Below are positions 1-7,255 of a DNA stretch of 22,158 nucleotides, piece after piece. Numbering within the stretch: position 1 is the first letter of the stretch; each line of letters starts with the position of its first letter. Below the pieces are notes generated by a model. That model had not been told where the DNA came from. It searched no databases and saw nothing but the letters and a program-made list of their open reading frames with translations. The stretch comes from an uncultured bacterium (lineage in GTDB: Bacteria; Zixibacteria; MSB-5A5; JAABVY01; JAHJOQ01), in contig CBDUQR010000043.1 in the NCBI GenBank assembly GCA_965369655.1, positions 1-22,158 of the forward strand, written 5' to 3'. A program made the translations under genes and the position numbers.

Positions 1-30
1 ACGCTCCCTGTCCCTCGGGGATCGGGATCG

Positions 31-55
31 GCGACCGACGGTCGCTCGCAATGAC
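31..55. repeat. Right end of a REP-like palindromic repeat (CTCGCAATGAC terminus), probably truncated by the window edge
   Basis: Hairpin GCGACC-GAC-GGTCGC (31-45) runs into CTCGCAATGAC (45-55), the reverse complement of the GTCATTGCGAG end seen in a widespread class of intergenic repeats. The partner end is not in the window. Confidence 0.4.
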
Positions 56-126
56 GGTACCCTGCGACGGGTGCACGGTATTCCGCGTTTACTGTCTTTT
101 TCAACAGAACATCATCCAGGTGGACC

Positions 127-1191
127 ATGAGAAAATGTGAGGTCGCAATTATCGGTGCGGGACCGGCAGGCGTTGCAGCGGCAATGCAGCTTTCGCGATA
201 TGGCGTAGACATTGCGCTGTTCGAGAAAGGTTCAGTCGGTGGACTCATCATGAATGCAAACAGGATCGAGAACTATCCCGGCTTTCCGGATGGATTGTCC
301 GGTCCGAGATTCGTCCGCCTCCTCGAAGAACATCTGCAGAGACTCGGAGTAGAAGCCATCAGCGAAAACATAGAGAATCTCAGTTTCGACGGCGACAGCT
401 TCGCACTGCGATCCGAGAATGGACTGACGATGGCAAATAGAGTCATTATCGCCAGTGGAACAATCCCGATACCACTCCCCTCACCGCAAATCCCCGAATC
501 ACTCACGAGCAGAGTATTCTATGAAGTTCATCCGCTCAGAGAACTCGAAGACCATACTGTCGCGATAATCGGCGGTGGGGATGCCGCGTTCGACTACGGC
601 CTGAATCTGGCAAGGCACAACAGTGTATCTATCCTGATCAGAGACGGCAGAGCCAAATGCCTTCCGCTGCTTCTCGAACGATCAAAAGCGATCGACCAGG
701 TACGATTCCACACAGTTGTCGAATCAGTCGAGGAATCGGGCGAGGGTATAGAGGCTGTCCCAAAAGGTAGTTTCGCCGGGTCTTGGCGACGACGGAGTCG
801 TCGGTGTGACCTGGCGATGCTCTGTAAGCTGTTGCCTGACATTGTCTCCATTTACCGGCAGTTCACACGCCCGCCTTCGGCGGACGCAAGAACAGCCGGA
901 ACGGGTACTTATGGGACAACCTCTATACAGTTGAGATGTCGCAGGACCGATAACGGCGACATTTTTCAACTCCATATTGACTATCTCCTGGTCGCAATCG
1001 GCAGGCGGCCCAATCTCGATTTCATCAATGGCGGACTCAGGAATCGCATGAATGACTTGATCGATGACAGTAAATTGTATATGATCGGCGATGTCGGTAA
1101 CGGGTTGTACCGGCAGGCGACCATTGCGGTTGGCGACGGCGTCAGAGCCGCAATGGAAATTTCTAGATCGCTCATTGGAGAACGAGTGTGA
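127..1191 (+). CDS. NAD(P)/FAD-dependent oxidoreductase, thioredoxin-reductase (TrxB)-like fold, lacking CxxC and carrying a 59-aa in-frame MITE-derived insertion
   Basis: FAD motif IIGAGPAG, ENYPG, IASG, NAD(P)H motif IIGGGDAA, C-terminal IGD..QATIAVGDG. The usual CATC position reads VFYEVHPL. Length is 354 aa, or 295 aa without the insert. Confidence 0.85.
   Translation: MRKCEVAIIGAGPAGVAAAMQLSRYGVDIALFEKGSVGGLIMNANRIENYPGFPDGLSGPRFVRLLEEHLQRLGVEAISENIENLSFDGDSFALRSENGLTMANRVIIASGTIPIPLPSPQIPESLTSRVFYEVHPLRELEDHTVAIIGGGDAAFDYGLNLARHNSVSILIRDGRAKCLPLLLERSKAIDQVRFHTVVESVEESGEGIEAVPKGSFAGSWRRRSRRCDLAMLCKLLPDIVSIYRQFTRPPSADARTAGTGTYGTTSIQLRCRRTDNGDIFQLHIDYLLVAIGRRPNLDFINGGLRNRMNDLIDDSKLYMIGDVGNGLYRQATIAVGDGVRAAMEISRSLIGERV
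751..923. mobile_element. Non-autonomous miniature inverted-repeat element (MITE) with IS1182/IS5-like ends
   Basis: Left end GAGGCTGTCCCAAAAG (751-766) matches the reverse complement of the right end, GAGGTTGTCCCATAAG (908-923), at 14/16 positions. TATA lies on both sides (747-750, 924-927). No transposase is encoded. Family assignment is from recalled end sequences. Confidence 0.8.
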
Positions 1192-2126
1192 AAGTCATTG
1201 CGAAAGCGGGAAACGAAGACATTGCGACTGTCTATGTGGCTGAGATGGCCAACGGCGAACGTATCGAATTCGCAGAGTCGGTTCAGCCGCCGATCCCTCG
1301 AGACGACAAGTGGGTCCTCTGCATCTCGACTCTGTACGGCTGCCCGGGGGGCTGTCGAATGTGCGATGCAGGCGGGCACTTTCACGGCAAACTCTCATTC
1401 GATGATATCATGTCGCAGATAGATTATCTCGTTGACAGCCGCTATCCATCCAGAGCAATACCTGCGGGAAAGTTCAAAATTCAATTTGCGCGCATGGGCG
1501 AACCCGCCCTCAATGATGCTGTGATCGATGTGCTCGAATCTCTGCCGCAGGCGTTCGACGCACCCGGCCTGATACCGTCGATCTCGACAGTCGCCCCTGA
1601 TGGATGCGATGGTTTCTTCGAGCAATTGCTCCGGGTCAAGGACAAACTTTACGGCAAGCGGTTCCAACTCCAGTTCTCGATTCACACGACAGACAAATCG
1701 ATGCGTGATTGGCTGATGCCGATCCGCAAGTGGGACTTCGGGATAATCTCAGAGTACGGCGAACGATTCCAGCGCGCAGGTGAAAGGAAGATTACTCTCA
1801 ATTTCGCCCTTGTTCGTAATGCTCCGATTGATACCGACATGTTGCTCGACCATTTCGATCCTTCACGGTATCTGATAAAGCTCACGCCGCTCAATCCCAC
1901 GAACCGTGCGCGCGGATGCGGGCTCGAATCACTGATTCAGTCTCGTGACGACCATGTCAGGATCGTGGATGAACTGCGAAATGCCGACTACGAAGTGGTG
2001 GTCAGCATCGGAGATTTCGAGGAGAACAGGATCGGAAGCAACTGCGGCCAGTATGTCAGCAGGTATAACGGCAAGAGCGACACGAACGAAGACGCCTACA
2101 CATACCCGCTTGTCGAACTCGTCTAA
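1188..2126 (+). CDS. Radical SAM protein, RlmN/Cfr-like, lacking the N-terminal domain
   Basis: CxxxCxxC (CPGGCRMC) preceded by VLCIST, then MGEP..N, SIH, PLN and C-terminal NCGQ. GTG start overlaps the upstream stop (GTGA, 1188-1191). Confidence 0.85.
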   Translation: MKVIAKAGNEDIATVYVAEMANGERIEFAESVQPPIPRDDKWVLCISTLYGCPGGCRMCDAGGHFHGKLSFDDIMSQIDYLVDSRYPSRAIPAGKFKIQFARMGEPALNDAVIDVLESLPQAFDAPGLIPSISTVAPDGCDGFFEQLLRVKDKLYGKRFQLQFSIHTTDKSMRDWLMPIRKWDFGIISEYGERFQRAGERKITLNFALVRNAPIDTDMLLDHFDPSRYLIKLTPLNPTNRARGCGLESLIQSRDDHVRIVDELRNADYEVVVSIGDFEENRIGSNCGQYVSRYNGKSDTNEDAYTYPLVELV

Positions 2127-2908
2127 TAGTCCTTCTTTTTGAACAAGTACACAGCCAGCGCAAAAAGAACCGTCGCGAATATAAGCGAACTGTAGAGTGG
2201 CATCCAGCTATCGACACTGCCTGCAATGATGTCGCTGGTCATGTCGGAGACTTGCCCCGGCTTGGGAAAGACGTAGTACATCAGATCGACAACAGTCTTG
2301 AAGATACTCGAATCAATGATCTGTCCGATGATCTCATGCCACGATAGAATCTTCTGTGTGACCCAGACCAGAAACGCCGCCATGACACTGAACGCCGTCG
2401 AGCCGGTCAGAATGCCTGCGGTGACTGTCACACTGAGCCAGATGAAAAGCAGCAGCAGATTGACAATGATAACATAGATGATCCTGAAATCGAAGAACCC
2501 GAACGAGAGACATGCAGCGAAGTAACAAACGATGAGACTCGCTGTGATCATCGCCCCGTAGACCAGCCAGATCCCGAATGATCTGGCAAAGAGCAGCCGC
2601 GTCCGCGAAACCGGCTTGGAGAGATAGAAATCCGCCCTTCCCTTGACGAACATATTTGGGACCAGTCCGGCTGTAGCCATCACGACGAGGAACACGAGCA
2701 CCGACATGTAAGTGTCGCATGCACTGAGAATCGGGTTTCCGAGCGCCCTGTTCAGGTCGGACATTCCGACCGTAGCAATATCGAGCCGGAACTCGATCAG
2801 GCTTGTTCCGATCGCAGTGAGGACCGCGATAAACGTGATGGCTCCGAAAACATACAAGATTCTGCCATGGACCATCTCGTCGAATATGTCGCGCACAAGT
2901 CCCCTCAC
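2123..2908 (-). CDS. ABC-2 type transporter permease
   Basis: About six hydrophobic segments, YLSKPVSR motif, C-terminal FKKKDY. GTG start overlaps the ATPase stop. Confidence 0.85.
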   Translation of the reverse strand: MRGLVRDIFDEMVHGRILYVFGAITFIAVLTAIGTSLIEFRLDIATVGMSDLNRALGNPILSACDTYMSVLVFLVVMATAGLVPNMFVKGRADFYLSKPVSRTRLLFARSFGIWLVYGAMITASLIVCYFAACLSFGFFDFRIIYVIIVNLLLLFIWLSVTVTAGILTGSTAFSVMAAFLVWVTQKILSWHEIIGQIIDSSIFKTVVDLMYYVFPKPGQVSDMTSDIIAGSVDSWMPLYSSLIFATVLFALAVYLFKKKDY

Positions 2909-3834
2909 GAGACCCCTCCTGTGTCATCTCCGATCACTTTGATGAACGACTCTTCGAGCGAAACCTTTGAGGGTACTACCGACCTGATGGAAATCCCCCG
3001 CCCTCTGAGTTGATCTATGACGACATTGATATCATCCTCCGATTCCAACTCCACGATCAACTTGCTGTCGTTCTGCTCGATGATCTTTATCGTCTCGTTC
3101 GAAAGCTTGAATTCAGTCCGGCTCATATCGGCCTCTATCTCGAATCTGCAATGCCGGTGGGTCAATTCGTCGACAGAGCACATCCTGATCAGTCGCCCAC
3201 CGGAAAGGATCGCGACACTGTCGGCTATCGACTCGACTTCGGACAGAAGATGGCTGTTGAGGAAAATAGTTTTGCCCTCGGAGCGAAGATTCCTGAGCAC
3301 ATCTCGGATCTCCACACGCCCGACCGGATCGACGCCATCGGTCGGTTCATCGAGCAGCAAAACATCCGGATCCGGCATGAGAGCCTGTGCGAGCCCGATT
3401 CTCTGCGCCATCCCCTTCGAGTATTTCTTCAGCCTGGTCGATGCCCATCGTGACATGCGGACTGTATCGAGAAGTTCTTCGATTCGGCTCTCGATACTCT
3501 CCTTCGGGATTCCATGAAGGCGACCGGTGAGTCTGAGCAGCCCGGCTCCGGTCAGATGATCCGGGAATCTGTGGTTCTCCGGAAGATACCCGATACTGTT
3601 TCGCGATTCAGGCGACGACGACGGCAGGCCGCAAATCTCGGTCTCGCCCGATGTTGCCCTCACGATTCCGAGCAGTACCTTGAATAGCGTAGTTTTGCCG
3701 GCGCCGTTTGGTCCGAGCAGCGCGAAGATTTCGCCCCGGGGCACCGACATGCTGACATCCCTCAGAGCTACGATGTTACCCGCGTAGATCTTCGTGAGTC
3801 CCCTCGTCTCCGCTATCGCCATTCTTAGATTCAT
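2905..3834 (-). CDS. ABC transporter ATP-binding protein
   Basis: Walker A GPNGAGKT, signature YSKGM, Walker B LLLDEPT, H-loop NSH. Start uncertain: TTG 3852, ATG 3834 or ATG 3822. Confidence 0.92.
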   Translation of the reverse strand: MNLRMAIAETRGLTKIYAGNIVALRDVSMSVPRGEIFALLGPNGAGKTTLFKVLLGIVRATSGETEICGLPSSSPESRNSIGYLPENHRFPDHLTGAGLLRLTGRLHGIPKESIESRIEELLDTVRMSRWASTRLKKYSKGMAQRIGLAQALMPDPDVLLLDEPTDGVDPVGRVEIRDVLRNLRSEGKTIFLNSHLLSEVESIADSVAILSGGRLIRMCSVDELTHRHCRFEIEADMSRTEFKLSNETIKIIEQNDSKLIVELESEDDINVVIDQLRGRGISIRSVVPSKVSLEESFIKVIGDDTGGVS

Positions 3835-3895
3835 GGCATCATCTACGGGCAAATGTATGAATAAGTTGCATCACCATACAAAGTACTGTCACATC

Positions 3896-4014
3896 GTTGC
3901 GGCTGGTCTTGTGATTCCGCGCCAGCGGATTCATGTGACCTGCCGCTTATGTCTAACACATACTTACGTGTCAGGTCACAATGCCGCTCATACGGCATCA
4001 AGACCTGACACAAC
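3896..4014. repeat. REPIN-like inverted doublet of branched palindromes, copy 1
   Basis: Bounded by GTTG...CAAC. Two units (3896-3946, 3968-4014), each with an outer stem plus an inner hairpin. Clearly homologous to 21185-21302. Confidence 0.8.
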
Positions 4015-4051
4015 AGAGAATCAGAACCAACGACTATCCCCCGATAGCATC

Positions 4052-4999
4052 TCAAGCCGGTCGGCCTCCACCAGTCATATAGTCTTTCCACTCCAGAATA
4101 GCATCAATATCTCTTTTGAGCACTACAATAACGCAACTACCGAAATCGTCGTTCAGGCAAAGGTGATCTCCCTTCCTGATGAGAATCCGTGACTGAAGAT
4201 CATACTGTTTGAATCGCTCATCGAGAACCACGAGTTGATCACATTCGAGGAGCATCCTGATGGATGGGATCGTATCCCACGGCATAGCGGCGCCTCTCGC
4301 CTCGCCGTACGCCACCAGATGGCCGGTCATCACTTCAAGCATCCGAAGACCTGTGCAGTCGATTGCGCGACGCTGGCAGTCGCTGTACACATTCCTGAAG
4401 ACTTCGAGAAGTCGCTCTTGTCTCTTTCCGCCTTCGGGGAAATCTTCGCGGAGATAGCTCCGCTCATCCGGCACCTCGAACAGTGGAGGGGGATTGCCAG
4501 TGTCAGGTATGGATAGATTCACTCCTGCTGTATCGAGACTGATGCACGGTTTCTCTCCTGTCATCCAATGGAACACAATACCCGACTGATATTCGGCCAC
4601 GAGGACAGCATCGAGATCACCGATCGTGAACTCATCGAGTTTACCCTTCAGCCTGCCAAACGCGATATTCACTCCGAACGGCAGCCCGGCGAGCATATTC
4701 ACCGTCCCGTCAACGGAGTCGAGAAGCAACAGATAATCGTGGTCACGTATGTCGCTTAGAGGGATTCCGTCTGTGATCGGTCCGGTCTGCTCCTCACACA
4801 GGATTGTCATGCCGTACTCTTCTGCAACCGGTCTATACACATTCTCGAACAGGAAGTCGTCCATTTCCGATGCGAAATCGCCATGCCTGTCTGTCATCCG
4901 ACGCTCAAGATCGAACGGTAAGGCCAGCGCGAATTGTCTTGCCTCCCGGAACGCTCCCTCGAATTTAAGCAGGATTTTCCTGATCTTATCTCTTCGCAT
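4052..4999 (-). CDS. Inositol monophosphatase/FBPase (FIG) superfamily metal-dependent phosphatase, divergent
   Basis: LCEE metal site, DSVDGTVN (DPxDGT motif), PWD motif. GAGG RBS 7 nt before the ATG. Confidence 0.7.
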   Translation of the reverse strand: MRRDKIRKILLKFEGAFREARQFALALPFDLERRMTDRHGDFASEMDDFLFENVYRPVAEEYGMTILCEEQTGPITDGIPLSDIRDHDYLLLLDSVDGTVNMLAGLPFGVNIAFGRLKGKLDEFTIGDLDAVLVAEYQSGIVFHWMTGEKPCISLDTAGVNLSIPDTGNPPPLFEVPDERSYLREDFPEGGKRQERLLEVFRNVYSDCQRRAIDCTGLRMLEVMTGHLVAYGEARGAAMPWDTIPSIRMLLECDQLVVLDERFKQYDLQSRILIRKGDHLCLNDDFGSCVIVVLKRDIDAILEWKDYMTGGGRPA

Positions 5000-5102
5000 G
5001 CAAGAGCCTCACGCCATAGTTATTTCACAGAATATGCTCGATTCGTCGACCTCGGCTTCCAGGCGAAATCGATAGTTCATCAGCCTGTACTCAGGCATCC
5101 CA

Positions 5103-5132
5103 ATTATACAGATGCTATCCTGAATCATGCAA
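5103..5132 (-). promoter_or_regulatory. Putative sigma70 promoter for the IMPase-like gene
   Basis: Minus strand reads TTGCAT-N18-TATAAT, about 100 nt upstream of ATG 4999. Confidence 0.45.
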
Positions 5133-5178
5133 GCCTTAACTGCGACGATCCGGTCGCGAGCGGCAACACATCCCGTGA

Positions 5179-5421
5179 TACCTATGTCTGTTCCATGTTG
5201 CCAGGCAGCCGAAAGCGTGCTATCTTGGTGCTCGCAATGCAGGCATGAGCGTGATTTTGATAGACCGGCAGATGGGTGAACCGGGTGCGGACCAATTCGA
5301 CTATAGGTCGCACCAAAACCGAGGGACTGACGAATCCACACGATCAAAGATAGACGCCGACATAAGATGCATCAAGAGACTGTCTGAGCTTGTCGATTTA
5401 CTTGAACGGGATGAAATGTGA
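5179..5421 (+). pseudogene. C-terminal remnant of a HAD-superfamily (IA) hydrolase
   Basis: The frame reads YLCLFHVARQPKACYLGARNAGMSVILIDR...DIRCIKRLSELVDLLERDEM*, matching the HAD C-terminal pattern (HVGD..D..GARNAGM..ILIDR...I..L.EL..LL). Motif IV aspartates are lost and there is an in-frame TGA at 5176-5178. Confidence 0.6.
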
Positions 5422-5433
5422 GGTGAGAGAAGT

Positions 5434-6381
5434 ATGAACGCCGATGAAATGGTAGTTTTCGCCGGCAGCGCCAGCAGCAAGCTGACTGCCGGAATCTGTG
5501 AGCATCTCGACATCAGCCCCGGCAGGAATGAGTCGTTCCTTTTTTCCGAAGGGAACACTTTCGTGCGGGTGTTGGAGAATGTCCGCGGCAGACGTGTCTA
5601 CATCGTACAGTCTACGGTATTCTCTGCGAACGACACTTTCATGGAGCTGCTGTTCTGGATCGACGCGCTCAAGCGTGCGAGCGCCGAATCTGTTACCGCA
5701 GTCATTCCATACTTCAGCTATGGCAAGGGCGACAAGAAGGACGAGCCACGTGTGTCGATCAGGGCGAGAGTCTGCGCCGATGCAATCGAGGTGGCGGGCG
5801 CGGACCGTGTCGTCACGATGGACCTGCACGCACCGCAAATCCAGGGATTCTTTCGAATACCGGTCGACAATCTCTACGCCCTGCCCGCGCTGTGTGACAG
5901 GATCGCTCAGGAGAATCTCAACGACCTCATCGTAGTCTCACCCGACACAGGATTCGCAAAACAAGCCCGCAAGTATGCCTCGCGGCTCGGGACATCGGTC
6001 GCTATCGCCGACAAAGAGCGTGTCGCTCACGACGAGAAGGCCGAGGTGCTCGAGATCATCGGCCATGTCGAAGATAAGACGGCTCTTATCGTGGATGATT
6101 TCACGATTTCCGGCGGGACCTTAATCGAGGTAGCGCATGGATTGATGAACAGGGGCGCAAAAGACATCTACGCGATGGTTGCGCATGGTGTATTCAATAA
6201 GAACACGATGGAGAAGATCGACAAGAGTCCGATCAGGAAGCTCTTTATCACCGACAGCGTCGAGAATCAGCCGGTTGAGTTCTCGGACAAGATTGAGGTT
6301 ATCACGGTATCACATCTGTTCGCGCAGGCGATCAAAAGCATCCACTACCGCGAAAGCATCAGCGCGATGTTTGAAGATTAG
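5434..6381 (+). CDS. prs: Ribose-phosphate pyrophosphokinase (PRPP synthetase), divergent paralog type
   Basis: FSEGN..VRVLENVRG, VIPYFSY, MDLHAPQIQGFF, VSPDTG, PRPP-binding IVDDFTISGGTL. RBS GAGGTGA. Confidence 0.93.
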   Translation: MNADEMVVFAGSASSKLTAGICEHLDISPGRNESFLFSEGNTFVRVLENVRGRRVYIVQSTVFSANDTFMELLFWIDALKRASAESVTAVIPYFSYGKGDKKDEPRVSIRARVCADAIEVAGADRVVTMDLHAPQIQGFFRIPVDNLYALPALCDRIAQENLNDLIVVSPDTGFAKQARKYASRLGTSVAIADKERVAHDEKAEVLEIIGHVEDKTALIVDDFTISGGTLIEVAHGLMNRGAKDIYAMVAHGVFNKNTMEKIDKSPIRKLFITDSVENQPVEFSDKIEVITVSHLFAQAIKSIHYRESISAMFED

Positions 6382-6390
6382 TTCCGATTG

Positions 6391-6546
6391 GTGGCTCACC
6401 CTTTGGGGTGAGTTCCCGTAGGTCAGGACCCTTGCGGTCCTGACGTCTTTCGTTACGCTCCAAGGGGGTATGACCTACTGTCTACTCATCAACTTTGGGT
6501 GTGCACGTCGGAGCTGTGCTCCGACGGAAAACGCAGGAGCACAGCC
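6391..6546. repeat. Cluster of REP-like hairpins between convergent genes
   Basis: GTGG+CTCACCC-TTTG-GGGTGAG (6391-6412). GTAG+GTCAGGACC-CTTGC-GGTCCTGAC (6418-6444) with an inverted partner end TGACCTAC (6471-6478). CGTCGGAGC-TGT-GCTCCGACG (6506-6526) with a partial partner at 6532-6546. Confidence 0.65.
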
Positions 6547-7068
6547 TTAATGTTCCTTAAGTTTCTTTGCCAGGGAGTCTGTAATATCTTTGAATTCTGA
6601 GATCTTATCTCGATGAAAATGGAGTTGCTTGATGAAATCAGCTTGCTCCATTGCTCCTTGCTTGTAAGCTAAGAAACTCTGATACAAGAATTGATCTGTT
6701 GTCATATTGAAATATGTTACCATCAAGTCTATCTTCCAAATCTCATCATCGTTGAACCAATTGTAAAGCAGCCCCTTTTCAAGACATCTGAACACTGTTA
6801 CCCTGAGTAATTTCTTGAATTGCGCCTTCACCAAGTAAGATTGAGTGTCACCAGCAGAGACACGCTGTGTTACATCGGTCAGTTCCCTGAGAAAATCTGC
6901 CATGTACCTCGTGTTAACCTCGAATTCTCGAATAAGCCGTGATTTTAGTTCTCTACGTGTCTTTCTTGCCTTCCACCTCTCAGACAATTGGAACATGACA
7001 ATAGCCAAGAAAAACGCGGTAACCGCTCCAACGAGAGTCGCCACCAGTTGTGAGACAAATGGTGTCAT
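6547..7068 (-). CDS. Hypothetical protein with an N-terminal transmembrane helix, AT-richer than flanks
   Basis: 173-aa ORF from ATG 7068 with a GAGGAG RBS (the ORF track extends it to GTG 7110). Hydrophobic LVATLVGAVTAFFLAIVMF followed by a helical-looking body. No family recognised. Confidence 0.7.
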   Translation of the reverse strand: MTPFVSQLVATLVGAVTAFFLAIVMFQLSERWKARKTRRELKSRLIREFEVNTRYMADFLRELTDVTQRVSAGDTQSYLVKAQFKKLLRVTVFRCLEKGLLYNWFNDDEIWKIDLMVTYFNMTTDQFLYQSFLAYKQGAMEQADFIKQLHFHRDKISEFKDITDSLAKKLKEH

Positions 7069-7110
7069 CCTGAGTCTCCTCTCATCAATAATTCCATGTC
7101 GTTTAAACAC

Positions 7111-7171
7111 GCAGGAGTGCCCTCACTCCTGCCGGAGTCGAATCGGCAGGTGTCGGAGACACCTTCTCTAC
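7111..7171. repeat. REP-like hairpin doublet
   Basis: GCAGGAGTG-CCCT-CACTCCTGC (7111-7132) and, on the minus strand, GTAG-AGA-AGGTGTC-TCC-GACACCT-GCCG (7171-7144). Confidence 0.6.
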
Positions 7172-7255
7172 GAATATAATCTTCAACCTCTTTCTTCTCA
7201 GATAACCTTCCCCCGAAAAAGCGATATTGCACAATCATGCGATAGTTCTCCGGTA

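Noticed and set aside
751-927. Intein or self-splicing intron as the source of the insertion
   Set aside because: There are no C/S...HN intein ends, it is too short with no recognisable group I/II core, and TIRs plus the TATA duplication explain it better.
3865-3877. 13-mer ATGGTGATGCAAC shared (inverted) with 18996-19008
   Set aside because: At 18996 it is the GGTGA Shine-Dalgarno context. A single short match is not enough to call a regulatory motif.
3896-4014. Integron attC site interpretation of the repeat (also 21185-21302)
   Set aside because: attC sites run RYYYAAC...GTTRRRY. These elements run GTT...AAC, the opposite arrangement, and no integrase or cassette array is present.
5009-5347. 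112-aa minus-strand ORF and the overlapping plus-strand ORF 4934-5248
   Set aside because: No recognisable motifs. They overlap the HAD remnant and the candidate IMPase promoter.
5250-5433. Riboswitch or leader RNA upstream of prs (GGTGCGGACC...GGTCGCACC stem)
   Set aside because: No known aptamer consensus recognised, and the region is explained as HAD remnant coding sequence.
6391-6546. CRISPR array or intrinsic terminator series
   Set aside because: The hairpins differ in sequence, have no regular repeat-spacer period, and mostly lack long U-tracts.
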